Shown piece by piece: positions 47,386-57,004 of a stretch of 64,000 nt of DNA. Source of the DNA: an uncultured Chloroflexia bacterium (lineage in GTDB: Bacteria > Chloroflexota > Limnocylindria > Limnocylindrales > CSP1-4). Under the pieces are notes generated by a model. The model saw nothing but the letters and a program-made list of their open reading frames with translations. It did no database searches and was not told the DNA's origin. The position numbers and the translations under genes are program-made. How positions within the stretch are numbered: position 1 is the stretch's first letter; each line of letters starts with the position of its first letter. Location of the stretch: NCBI GenBank assembly GCA_963814315.1, contig CAWFCG010000003.1:1025980-1089979 (forward strand), in the 5' to 3' direction.

Positions 47386-48885
47386 TCAAGCGCCCTTCTT
47401 CTCCAAGGAGCGGCGCGATTCCAGCTCCACGATCTTGTTGGTGGGATAGGCGATGCGGCGGTGGTACATGGCCAGCAGCTGCTCGATGAACGACTCCCGG
47501 GTGCGATCGAGGTCACGCAACGTGAGGTCGCACTCGTCGAACTGGCCATCGATCAGCCGATCGCTGATGATGCGCGAGACCATGGCGCGGACGGCCGGCT
47601 CCTCATGGCTGGACAGGGATCGCACCGACGCCTCCACGCTGTCGGCCAGCATGAGGATGGCGGCCTCACGCGTCTGCGGCTTGGGTCCGGCGTGGCGGAA
47701 GCGTCGCTGGTCGACCTTGTCCGCAGCCTCGGTGGCGGCTGCAGAACCAACCGGCGCACCCGACTCCTCAGCCGCGATCTGGCGAGCCTTGGCGTAGAAG
47801 TAGCCCATCAGGGCGGTGCCGTGGTGCTGCGGGATGTAAGGGATGATGGCCTTGGGCAGCTTGTATTGGTAGGCGATGTCGATACCACGGGCGACATGGC
47901 CCATGACCATGGCCGCCGATTCCTCGGGTGCGAGTTGGTCATGGATGTTCTCGCCGCCGCCCTGGTTCTCGATGAACACCACGGGGTCGTACAATTTGCC
48001 CACGTCGTGGTAATAGGCAGCCACGCGGGTGACCAGCTCATCGGCACCGATGGCCTCGGCGGCCTGCTCGGCCAGGTTACCCACCATCAGTGAGTGGTGG
48101 TACGTGCCGGGCGCCTCCAGCAGCAGGCGTCGTAGCAGTGGCTGCGTCGGATTGGCCAGTTCCAGCAGCTGGTACGAAGTGGTGATGCCGAAGACCGAGC
48201 CCAGCAGGGCAAAGGTACCGGCCGCCGCGATCGACGCCCCAAAGGCAGAGATCAGCGCCGCGGCCAGGAGCTGCAGCGTCATCTCCATGTTCTCGGAGCC
48301 GACGATGATGGTGAAGGCCAGCACCACGGCCACATTGGTCACGGCGATGAACGCACCGGCCTGCGCGAATTGCGAGAGCCGCTCCCCGCGGCCGATGACG
48401 ATGGTGCCCACGATGCCGCCCAGGAATGTGTACGCAGCAAGGTCCATCGATCCGGTGACGACGCCGGCGAGGACCGCCACCATGGCCGTCGCCACACTGG
48501 CTAACCCAGCGTCGAGCAGGACCGCCAGCAACAGCCCGACCGCGGCCGTCGGCACCAGGTAGGGCGCCACGGCACGATCGGCCGTCGCTACCAGGAGGGC
48601 CGTTGCGGTCAGCAACGCGAGTGAGACCAGCAGGATGGCGTTGTTGCGATGCCACAGCCGCGAGCGGAAACGCCACAGCCACGCCAGCAGCGTGGTGACC
48701 ACGACGATCGACAGCAGCAGCCAGCCGAAGACCGCGACCACGTCGCTGACCTCCGTCATGGTGGTGAGGTCCTCGAAGGCGAGGACGAACGTCAGTCCCG
48801 CGACCAGCAACGTGGAGATCAGCCCCAGGCGGACAGCATCTCGCTTGGTGAAGGCGAGGATCTGGACCCCTCGGCGAGCCAACAT
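47386..48885 (-). CDS. 7TM receptor with an intracellular HD hydrolase domain (YqfF/PgpH-like)
   Basis: Has an N-terminal polytopic region and an HD domain (YHHSLMVGNLAE...YYHDVGK). Confidence 0.7.
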   Translation of the reverse strand: MLARRGVQILAFTKRDAVRLGLISTLLVAGLTFVLAFEDLTTMTEVSDVVAVFGWLLLSIVVVTTLLAWLWRFRSRLWHRNNAILLVSLALLTATALLVATADRAVAPYLVPTAAVGLLLAVLLDAGLASVATAMVAVLAGVVTGSMDLAAYTFLGGIVGTIVIGRGERLSQFAQAGAFIAVTNVAVVLAFTIIVGSENMEMTLQLLAAALISAFGASIAAAGTFALLGSVFGITTSYQLLELANPTQPLLRRLLLEAPGTYHHSLMVGNLAEQAAEAIGADELVTRVAAYYHDVGKLYDPVVFIENQGGGENIHDQLAPEESAAMVMGHVARGIDIAYQYKLPKAIIPYIPQHHGTALMGYFYAKARQIAAEESGAPVGSAAATEAADKVDQRRFRHAGPKPQTREAAILMLADSVEASVRSLSSHEEPAVRAMVSRIISDRLIDGQFDECDLTLRDLDRTRESFIEQLLAMYHRRIAYPTNKIVELESRRSLEKKGA

Positions 48886-48894
48886 GGTGGAGCG

Positions 48895-49356
48895 CTACTC
48901 GGCCTGCGCGACGCCGGCCAGCTCCTCATTGACCAGGCGGCTGACGAGCTTGCCGTCAGCGCGCCCCTTGACCGTGGGCATGAGCTGGCTCATGACGCGA
49001 CCCATGTCGCGGGGTGAAGTCGCACCGGAGGAGGCGATGGCGGCCACGACCAACGTGCGCACCTCCTCCTCGCCCAATGGCTCTGGCAAGTAGGGCGACA
49101 GGATGTCGATCTCGGACTGCTCCTTGTCGGCTAGGTCTTCGCGGCCGGCGGCGTGGAATGCCTCGATCGATTCACGGCGCTTCTTGACCTCGCGCGTGAT
49201 GACTTCGAGCGCTTCCTCGTCGGTGAGCGGCTGGCGCTTCTCCTTGGCGGCATTTTGGGCAGCAGCAACCACCATGCGCAAGGTGTCACGTCGGTGCGTG
49301 TCACCACCGCGCATGGCGGTCTTCATATCAGCCTGGAGCTGTTCGGTAAGGCTCAC
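48895..49356 (-). CDS. yqeY: GatB/YqeY-domain protein
   Basis: 153 aa with YqeY-like sequence (MSLTEQLQADMKTAMRGGD...). Confidence 0.75.
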   Translation of the reverse strand: MSLTEQLQADMKTAMRGGDTHRRDTLRMVVAAAQNAAKEKRQPLTDEEALEVITREVKKRRESIEAFHAAGREDLADKEQSEIDILSPYLPEPLGEEEVRTLVVAAIASSGATSPRDMGRVMSQLMPTVKGRADGKLVSRLVNEELAGVAQAE

Positions 49357-49411
49357 GACATACCTCCTCTTGGGCAGGTGGAGGTTCGGTCCTCTGCTGA
49401 GTGGACGCGGG

Positions 49412-49592
49412 CTTATTCGCCGCGTGCCACCTTCTTCCGCTTCGCTTCCTTGCGCTTGCGCTTGACGCTGGGCTTCTCGAAATGCTCGCGCCGTCGTGCT
49501 TCGGCGAGGATGCCGCTCTGCTGGATCTTCTTGTTGAAGCGACGCAGCGCAGCCTCGAAAGACTCGTTCTCGCCGACTCTGACTTCTGCCAA
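49412..49592 (-). CDS. rpsU: 30S ribosomal protein S21
   Basis: My reverse-complement translation is [59 protein letters not shown]. It uses a TTG start (complement of caa at 49590-49592) preceded by GGGAGGTGA, and a TAA stop. It is missing from the ORF track. Confidence 0.8.
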
Positions 49593-49979
49593 CTAGGAAA
49601 TCACCTCCCGCTGGTCTGTATCAGGCCACACTCGACCATCGGGACCAGGACCGACGGGGAGCCACGCGCGGAACGATACCGCGCTTGCAGGCCGGCCCGA
49701 AGTGTAGTCGCGTGAACGCGGGGCGGTCAAATGTCCAATGGGCTATGAGATAAGGGGACAGGAATGTCGCACTGAAGATGGTCGGAGGTCTAGCGGGGTA
49801 GCGCCAGCTTGACCCACCTTCGGTTCCGGCCTCGGTTCGTGCTCGAGAACCGGACGCCGAAGGCTTGGGGGTGGCCGGTCGATGAGCGGAGGGCGTCGTG
49901 ATGGCGAAGCAGCGGCCGACTACCAGCTGACCGAACGCGGTAAAGCGGCGGTGCGGGGAGACCGCCCGGCGCATCGCGT

Positions 49980-50010
49980 CGTCCCTAGTCAGGCAGCCTG
50001 ACTAGGGACG
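49980..50010. terminator. perfect 31-nt palindrome (15-bp arms, 1-nt centre) overlapping the K-channel stop codon
   Basis: The sequence is CGTCCCTAGTCAGGC A GCCTGACTAGGGACG, an exact inverted repeat. It lies between the 3' end of 50002-50496 and the long non-coding region upstream of rpsU. Confidence 0.5.
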
Positions 50011-50496
50011 TTCCTCCGGCGGATCCGTCGCGTCGGGATCGGTTCCCCGTGCTGCGAGCGCAGCCTCGATGGCGGTGAGCCTCGCAAGGACTTCGTCCAT
50101 TCGCTGGTGCAGCGACTCGGCCGAGTCGCGCTGCTGGACCTCGCGGCTGGCCGACTGCCTGCGCCGGGCCGCCTCCACGAAGACCGATGTGATCGCGGCC
50201 GTCAGGATCGCGATCAGCGCGACGCCGACGATCATCACGCTGGCTCCGATCAACCGCCCGACCTCGGTCGTCGGGACATTGTCGCCGTAGCCAACGGTGG
50301 TCACCGTCTGGAGCGTGTACCACAGCGCGCTACCGAGGTCTGGGAAGTTCTCCCGGTCGAAGAACCAGACGATGACGCCACCTACGAGCACGATGGCGAC
50401 GGTGATGACCATCATCACGTAGGTCGCGTTCCTGACCGAGGCCGGGTCGGCTGTGAACCGGTCCATCGCACGCTTCAGCGGGCTACGTCGTTTCAT
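50002..50496 (-). CDS. two-TM potassium channel (KcsA-like)
   Basis: Has the selectivity filter TVGYGD between two TM helices. Confidence 0.8.
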   Translation of the reverse strand: MKRRSPLKRAMDRFTADPASVRNATYVMMVITVAIVLVGGVIVWFFDRENFPDLGSALWYTLQTVTTVGYGDNVPTTEVGRLIGASVMIVGVALIAILTAAITSVFVEAARRRQSASREVQQRDSAESLHQRMDEVLARLTAIEAALAARGTDPDATDPPEERP

Positions 50497-50938
50497 GTCG
50501 GGCAGCCTATCGCGCCGAGCGACGTCTCACCAGGCGACTGAGAACTCAACACGATCAGCGAACGCGGTCATCGTCACTGCGAGCGCAGCGGCGTTGGCCC
50601 GGCATCCGGTCACCAAGCTCGTGGCGAGGCGGTGGGCAAACGCAGGCCTGCGACGACCCAGCCCGCGCCCAGTGGGAATGCGACGACGATGGCAGAGGCC
50701 GTGGCCGCAACTCTTTTGAGCGACTCCAGCATGTCGCCCAGACTCCGACCGACGACGGCGCGCACCGCCACGATGAGACCGACCGTCGCCACGCTGAGCG
50801 CGAGGACGGCGTCACGGGTAGCCGGTGCGGATCGTGCGGTCAGCCTCACCAGTGTCCTCACGGTGTTTGATGAGCAAGCGCGCCGACGTGCCCGTGGTCA
50901 TTACGTGGAGGGTGTCGGAGTCGCGCCGGCTGCGTAGA

Positions 50939-50972
50939 AGATCCCGAGAGACCCTCGGGGGCCTCTCGGGAT
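50939..50972 (-). terminator. stem-loop (11-bp stem) downstream of the secreted-protein gene
   Basis: GATCCCGAGAG-13 nt-CTCTCGGGATC sits immediately 3' of the stop of 51003-51809 on the minus strand. Confidence 0.45.
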
Positions 50973-51002
50973 CGTAGGGCGCCGCTTGTAGCCGACTTGC
51001 TG

Positions 51003-51809
51003 TTACTGGTTCTTCTTGTTCTTGTGCGTGGCCGCTTGCTCCGGCTCGATCGAGTCGGTCGGGATCAGGATGTAGATCTGGTCGAACTCGTCTTGCACGG
51101 ACGGGATAAAGCCGGCTGGTGACAGCTCGACCGCGAGATCCTGATCGTAGGTGATGGGCTCGTAGGTCCAGCCCGCAGGGAGGCTCTGGAACTGGTCACC
51201 CAGTGTGGGCAGCTCGCTCGGATCGACCTTGTAGCCCTGGATGATGTAGTGGTACCCGTTGCCGTCGATCAGCTGGTAGGTCTCGGTACCCGCGTCCCAG
51301 GTGAGGTTCTGGTTCTTGGCCGTGTTGAAGAGTGTGTAGTCAGGCGTGCCGCCGCCTCCACCGACCGTTCCCGGGGGAAGGACAGCTCCGAAGTTCATCT
51401 GGACGCCCTGGATGTCCTGGGGCTCGCTGGCCATGACCGCCACCACATCAGACGACCACCATTCGGGGCCGTTCTTGTAGATGAAGTTGGCTCCGAGCTC
51501 CGCGGCCGTCGCATCGACATCGAGGCTGTCCCACCAGTCCGTGTCGCACGGTGCGACCGGGGAGGTGCTGAAGATGTCCTGGCCTGCGTCGCCGTAGTCG
51601 AAGATGATCTCACAGTAGATGTAGCCGGCGGCGTCGTCAAGCTCCTTCAGCGTGAGCGTGTACGTCTCACCGCTGGCTGCCGTCATGTCGACGGAGGTCG
51701 TGTCGTCTGGTGCCGGGCTCGCGTCCTGGGCGACCGCACCGACCGCTCCGACTGCCAGCAATGCCAAGCTGAGAGCGCCGGCGGCGCCGACCTTGTGTTC
51801 TGTCCTCAT
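51003..51809 (-). CDS. secreted hypothetical protein
   Basis: Starts MRTEHKVGAAGALSLALLAVGAVGAVAQDA (signal peptide). No recognised domain. Confidence 0.5.
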   Translation of the reverse strand: MRTEHKVGAAGALSLALLAVGAVGAVAQDASPAPDDTTSVDMTAASGETYTLTLKELDDAAGYIYCEIIFDYGDAGQDIFSTSPVAPCDTDWWDSLDVDATAAELGANFIYKNGPEWWSSDVVAVMASEPQDIQGVQMNFGAVLPPGTVGGGGGTPDYTLFNTAKNQNLTWDAGTETYQLIDGNGYHYIIQGYKVDPSELPTLGDQFQSLPAGWTYEPITYDQDLAVELSPAGFIPSVQDEFDQIYILIPTDSIEPEQAATHKNKKNQ

Positions 51810-52097
51810 CGTCCTTCTCCTGTGTTCTTGACCGTGTCCTCGTGCGGCAACGATGGTTCGCTGCATGGCGCATCCGAGTCCTGGGGTGTTACGCCTCCCT
51901 TGTCGTGACCAACACCACAGTGGTGCCGTGGCGTTGACGGCCTCCGACCGAGGGCCTTCACGCCTTCGACTTCGGTGCTCCGATCATCGAGCCGGTGGCA
52001 CTCGATGGCATCGACCCATCAGGTCGAAAGCGTGTTTGCTGCGGTCAGGAGCCGGAAGCAGCAGATGCACGCGCCTGCGTCCACCCGGCACTCGTGG

Positions 52098-52487
52098 TCA
52101 CGCCCCCGGCACGATCGGCCGGTCAAGGTCCCGATCGATGTCGTACCCGGCCGCCGTCGCGATACGAGGGGCGGCAGCGATGACGCGCGCGGATCCCACC
52201 TCGTCGGCAACGGCGATGAGGACGGCGAGCAGGTCGTCTAGGTCGAGCCCGTCCGCGTCGTCCACGATCGCCGGACGGTATGAGGGCCACGGGGCGTCGA
52301 GCGCGATCAGGACGCCGACACGCACCATCGCCTGCTCTCGGTTGGTGAGCCGCGCGCTCGCGCCCGAGGCCGTCACGCTTCGGGAGTGCTCGATGAGCCT
52401 GACCAACGCGGCCTCGTCGCCGAGTGTCAAGCGACGGAATGATTCCTCGGTCGTCTTCGTTCGGGCTTCGTTCACAGCTGACCCCAT
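52098..52487 (-). CDS. carboxymuconolactone-decarboxylase (CMD/AhpD-like) family protein, copy 1
   Basis: 129 aa. The pattern LTNREQAMVRVGVLIALDA...LLAVLIAVADEVGSARVIAAAP resembles the CMD family core. This is a weak call. Confidence 0.35.
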   Translation of the reverse strand: MGSAVNEARTKTTEESFRRLTLGDEAALVRLIEHSRSVTASGASARLTNREQAMVRVGVLIALDAPWPSYRPAIVDDADGLDLDDLLAVLIAVADEVGSARVIAAAPRIATAAGYDIDRDLDRPIVPGA

Positions 52488-52724
52488 CTACGTGGTCGGT
52501 CGAGGATGGGCGATGCCGTCCCGGTCCCTTCCGGCATCGTGTCGAGCACGTCAGCCGTTCGAGGACCAGCGCGGGTCGATGCCGGCGGACGTACGGAACG
52601 GTGCTGAAGTCAGGGTGCGCTGGGACGCGAGTAAGGGTCATCGACCCATCAGGTCGATACGCCAGCACGAGAGGTGCGGTGCCGGCTGGTGATGTGCCGC
52701 GGCCCGTGACCTACAGGGCGAGCC

Positions 52725-53117
52725 CTAGTCCGCTATCAGCGATTTGGCGTCGAGATGGATCGTCCCCAGGTCGTAGCCGAGAGCAAGCGCCAGCTTCGGG
52801 GCAGCGGCCGCGACGCGAGCGCGCCCAACGACGGACGTGAGCGCGGCCATGGCCTCGATGATCTCGTCGCTGCCGAGCCCCGCGATGATGCTTTCCGTCA
52901 CGAGATGCTGGAAGGCGGCCTGGGAGCTGACGCTGGCGACGAGTGCCCCCAAACGCAGCAGGCAGACCGATCGGGGATCGGGCCCTTCGGTCAGGGCAGG
53001 TGAGCGAGACGACTCCGTCGCTGCGCGCTCCCACCGGTCGCCTCGTGCCAGCCGCTCGAGCATGGTCGCGTACTCCTGCCCGATGGCATCGTGTCGCGGG
53101 TGGCCGGGCGTTTCCAT
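52725..53117 (-). CDS. CMD/AhpD-like family protein, copy 2 (paralog)
   Basis: Has the same architecture (LTEGPDPRSVCLLRLGALVASVS...EIIEAMAALTSVVGRARVAAAAP). The start is uncertain (METPG or MLERL). Confidence 0.35.
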   Translation of the reverse strand: METPGHPRHDAIGQEYATMLERLARGDRWERAATESSRSPALTEGPDPRSVCLLRLGALVASVSSQAAFQHLVTESIIAGLGSDEIIEAMAALTSVVGRARVAAAAPKLALALGYDLGTIHLDAKSLIAD

Positions 53118-53205
53118 CGGATGAGTATGACCACCGGCGACTCCGCAGGGCATCGACCTGATGGGATGATGCGAGCGTCGGATCGTGGCGGAGCGCGACG
53201 CCTGG

Positions 53206-55611
53206 TTAGGCGAGCAGATCCCCGCCGCGGTCGAGTGCCGGATCGGCGTCGGCTACCCCGACGCCCACTGACGCCAATGCACGGATCGCAGGATCGAGGA
53301 GTCCAGCATCGAGGGCGTGCGACACGGCTTCCGTGCGCGTGGACGCATCGAGCTTGCCGTAGATGGCCCTCGCCTGTGCCTTGACGGTGCTGTGGGTGAC
53401 GAACAATCGGTCGGCGATCTCTGGGAACGAGAGATGGGTGGGCAAGTACTGGAGGACGCGGAGCTCCGCCGTCGTCAGGGTCGAGGGGCCGGCGGCACCT
53501 GCCTTCGCGCGTCGAAGCTGCTTGCGGATCGAGTCGACGTGGGCAGGGAGTGCTCCAAGATCCGGCCGACTGGCGATGATCGCGTCGATGTCTCGGATGA
53601 TCGTCCAGGCGCCAGCGTCGTCACCGACCGCTGCGAGCGCTCGAGCGAGTCCACCGAGCTGAAGCACGCTCTGGATCGGGAACGAGGATCCGAGATTCGT
53701 CCGGAGCGTCTGCATGGCCGCAAGCTCACGCTGTGCCTGCGCCCGTCGTCCGCGACGGGCCGATAGGAGCGCCAGGATGGACCGGCTCAGGACCGGGTCG
53801 GTGTAGTCATGCATCGCGGACTCCTGAGCGACCGCCCAGGCGCGAGCCGCGAGAGACTGCGCGACGGACTCGTTCCCCGCCACGAGCGCGACCTCGGCCT
53901 TGAGCGACAGGGACCCGACCAGCGGTCCCGTGAGCCGTTGACTCGTCGCCAGTGCCGTCGCTTCGTCGCATATGGCATCGGCCTCCTGGGTGCGACCGAC
54001 TGCGAAACGGCAGAGGGCGAGCTGGACCCGCGCGGCAGGCCCATAGACCCCATCGGTTCCTCCGAGCTCGATCGCGCGCTCGGCATGCGCTTCCGCCTCA
54101 GCGAGTCCCGATCGCACCATGCTCGCCATCAGCGTCGCCCGAGCAGACTCGAATCCGAGCGCTGCATCGCCCGCCGTGTCGCCGATGCGTGCCTGCTCCA
54201 CGATGTCGGCATAGCGGGACGCTTCTGCGTCATCGGCCCGCGTCGCCGCGAGCCAGGCGCCGATGATGGCGAGAGGCGGGGCGGCCGAGAAGGCCTGCTC
54301 GGGGAAACGAGCCAACCAGTCCTCGACCGTCGCCTGGCGACCTGTGAACTGCAGCATGGCCGCCTGACCCACCACCAGATGGCCGGCCAGATCGAGGCGA
54401 CCAGCCTCGAAAGCGTGACCGACCGCCGATACCGGGTATCCGTTCTCGGTGTACCACGCCACGGCTCGGGCGTGGAGCTCGGCGACGAGGCCACCGTCCT
54501 CGCGCTCAAGGAGTTCCCGCAACGCCTCCTGGAACAGCGAGTGATACCGATACCACCCCGGTGCCCCGGCGCTGGCGACGACGAACCCATTCGATGCTGC
54601 GATGGCCGAGAGCCGGCGTCCAGAACCGGAACGTCCGACGACCGCATCGCACAACGACGGACTCAGTCGTTCGAGGATCGATGTCTGCGTGAGGAAGCGG
54701 AGTTCCGAACGGGAGCGGTCGCTCAAGACCTCCTCGCGGAAGTACCGCCGCACGTCCCTGACGGTGGCGTGGCCATCCGGAACCGGACCATCGCCGGAGC
54801 GACCGCGCTCTCCTGCGAGTGACAGGAGCGCGATCCCTGCCGCCCAGCCCTCGGTCTCCTCCAAGAGCGAATCGACGCGCGCCCTGTCGGGTCGCTCTCC
54901 CGTGACCGCCCGGACCAGCTGGCCAGCCTCCAGCGCGTCCATCGCCAAGTCCGTCGCCTCGATCTCCAGCAGATCGCCGGTCAGGACGAGCCGCGAAAGC
55001 GGCAACGCCGACCCGCCGCGGGATGCGATCGCGATCCTGGTGGTTGCTGGAGCGACGCGGGTGAGCTCGCTCAAGAGGTCAAGACAGGCTCGGTCGGTGA
55101 TGAGCTCGAGGTTGTCGAGGACCAGGAGCCGAGGACCTGCGAACTCATCGAGGCTGATGGCAAGGTGGGCCACCATCGACCCCACCGACAGCGAGGTGGT
55201 CTCGGCCGCCGTCACACTGCGCTGCGGGCCGAGACCAGAGGCCGCGGTCACCGTGGCGTCCAGATAGGCGAACAGCACGTAGGGATCGTTGTCTCGCCGG
55301 TCGAGCGTCAGCCACGACGATCCTGACGGATCAGTGGCGGCCAGCTGGGCGAGGAGCGTCGTCTTCCCGCATCCCGCGGGCCCGATGACGGCCACCACGC
55401 GTTGCTTCGAGGCTTCCAGGCGCTCGAGCAGGGACGCCCGCTGGACCGCCCACGGGCTGGCCGCGGGTGGGGACGACTTGATCGGCCACAAACGCATCCA
55501 AGGCTGTGGGCTCGGGGCGTTCGCCGTTGACTTCCGGTCCGTCTGTGCCTCCCTTCCTCTCCTGCCGCCCTCGACAAATGGTACCGGCCGGTCGCGAGCG
55601 AAGAGCGGCAT
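53206..55611 (-). CDS. LuxR-family regulator of the LAL/MalT type (AAA ATPase + helical repeats + C-terminal HTH)
   Basis: Walker A GPAGCGKTTLLAQ, a long TPR-like middle region and a C-terminal LuxR HTH (LTTAELRVLQYLPTHLSFPEIADRLFVTHSTVKAQARAIYGKL). Confidence 0.75.
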   Translation of the reverse strand: MPLFARDRPVPFVEGGRRGREAQTDRKSTANAPSPQPWMRLWPIKSSPPAASPWAVQRASLLERLEASKQRVVAVIGPAGCGKTTLLAQLAATDPSGSSWLTLDRRDNDPYVLFAYLDATVTAASGLGPQRSVTAAETTSLSVGSMVAHLAISLDEFAGPRLLVLDNLELITDRACLDLLSELTRVAPATTRIAIASRGGSALPLSRLVLTGDLLEIEATDLAMDALEAGQLVRAVTGERPDRARVDSLLEETEGWAAGIALLSLAGERGRSGDGPVPDGHATVRDVRRYFREEVLSDRSRSELRFLTQTSILERLSPSLCDAVVGRSGSGRRLSAIAASNGFVVASAGAPGWYRYHSLFQEALRELLEREDGGLVAELHARAVAWYTENGYPVSAVGHAFEAGRLDLAGHLVVGQAAMLQFTGRQATVEDWLARFPEQAFSAAPPLAIIGAWLAATRADDAEASRYADIVEQARIGDTAGDAALGFESARATLMASMVRSGLAEAEAHAERAIELGGTDGVYGPAARVQLALCRFAVGRTQEADAICDEATALATSQRLTGPLVGSLSLKAEVALVAGNESVAQSLAARAWAVAQESAMHDYTDPVLSRSILALLSARRGRRAQAQRELAAMQTLRTNLGSSFPIQSVLQLGGLARALAAVGDDAGAWTIIRDIDAIIASRPDLGALPAHVDSIRKQLRRAKAGAAGPSTLTTAELRVLQYLPTHLSFPEIADRLFVTHSTVKAQARAIYGKLDASTRTEAVSHALDAGLLDPAIRALASVGVGVADADPALDRGGDLLA

Positions 55612-55689
55612 GTCGTCACGTGCGATATCGACCCGTCAGGACGATGACCGCTGATCGAGCGTTGGCCATCGTCGAGCGGATGGTGATCC

Positions 55690-57003
55690 ATGGACCCCGG
55701 GCCGATGGCTGACGAACGGACCGCACCTGCGTCTCACGGCGACGACTCCGCCGGCACGGTCGATATCGCGGCGGAGCGGCCGTCGTTCTACGGACATGTC
55801 TTCGCCACGGCCGTCCTCAGCGGCTTCTTCGCGCTGGCGTGGTTCCTTGTCTATGAGTTGCTGAGCGAGCTCGTCTGGGACAACGACTTCGTGGTCTCGA
55901 CCTGGTGGGTGTACCCGCTCATCATCCTGCCCTTCTCGCTCGCGGTGGGACTCGCGGTCAAGTACCTCGATGCCCCCACGAGCATCTCCGGGTCGCCGCT
56001 CGACGAACTCACCGGCGATCCTCGACATATCGATTGGCGCAAGCTGCCGGCGACGGTCGTGATGTCGCTCATCTCGTTGCTGGCGGGCGCCGTGGTAGGC
56101 CCCGAGGGCGCCCTTGGCCGGTTCGCAGCCCAGATCGCCGCTTGGTATGGCCAGCGCTTCCACGTCCCTGCGGCCATGCGGAGTCGGCTCGTCTTCGCCG
56201 GCGCGGCGTCGGCCTACAACGGCCTGCTCGAGAACCCCATCTTCACCGCGGTCCTGGCTGGCGACATGGCCAGAGGCACACCGGGCATCTGGGCTTCGAT
56301 GCCCGCGAATCTCATGGGCGGCGCCATCGGCTTCGCCATCTTCCAGTTGCTGGGCGGCGTGGGCGTAGCCGACTTCCTCCAACTGGGACCCGTGCCGGAG
56401 GGGGCCATCGGGGACGTCGTCTGGGTGATGGGCTTCGCCCTCGTGGGCATGCTCGTCGCGATCTTCGCGGGCCTGAGCATGCAGGTCGCAGGGACGGCGT
56501 TCGCGCGGCTCGACGGGCGGCCCGTGACCCGGGCGCTCGTGGCTGGGCTCGTGCTCAGTGCCGTGGGGCTGGCTGCACCGATCCTGCTCTTTTCGGGGGA
56601 GACGCAGATCGGGCTGATCCTCGACGACCCGTCGGCCTATGGCTTCTGGGTCCTCGTCGCCCTCGCCCTGGCCAAGCTCGTCCTGCTGGCCGTTTCGTTC
56701 AAGTCGGGCTTCCTTGGAGGACCGACGTTCCCGATCATCTTCGCGGCGACCTGCATCGCCCTGGCGGTCGGCCAGATCGTCCCCGCCGTGCCGTTCGTCC
56801 TCGTCGAAGCCGGCGTCCTCGCCGGGGCGCTGATGACGATGTTCCGGACGCCGCTCATGGTGGTGCTGCTGACGAGCTTCTTCCTCGGCGCGAACACCGA
56901 GCTGGTGGCCATGATCGTGGCGGCGGTGGTGATGGTCGTGATGCTGTTGCCATTCGTGGAATCCAGCATCGAGTCGGCTCGCGCCAAGCGGGGCGCCAGC
57001 TAG
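55690..57003 (+). CDS. ClC-family chloride channel / H+-Cl- antiporter
   Basis: Carries the ClC motifs GAVVGPEGAL and GGPTFPIIFAATCIA in a polytopic 437 aa protein. Confidence 0.75.
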   Translation: MDPGPMADERTAPASHGDDSAGTVDIAAERPSFYGHVFATAVLSGFFALAWFLVYELLSELVWDNDFVVSTWWVYPLIILPFSLAVGLAVKYLDAPTSISGSPLDELTGDPRHIDWRKLPATVVMSLISLLAGAVVGPEGALGRFAAQIAAWYGQRFHVPAAMRSRLVFAGAASAYNGLLENPIFTAVLAGDMARGTPGIWASMPANLMGGAIGFAIFQLLGGVGVADFLQLGPVPEGAIGDVVWVMGFALVGMLVAIFAGLSMQVAGTAFARLDGRPVTRALVAGLVLSAVGLAAPILLFSGETQIGLILDDPSAYGFWVLVALALAKLVLLAVSFKSGFLGGPTFPIIFAATCIALAVGQIVPAVPFVLVEAGVLAGALMTMFRTPLMVVLLTSFFLGANTELVAMIVAAVVMVVMLLPFVESSIESARAKRGAS

Positions 57004-57004
57004 C

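Noticed and set aside
50610-50861. 83-aa small hydrophobic ORF between the K-channel gene and the secreted-protein gene
   Set aside because: Three mutually overlapping ORFs compete here on both strands. None has motifs, and it may be non-coding promoter or terminator DNA.
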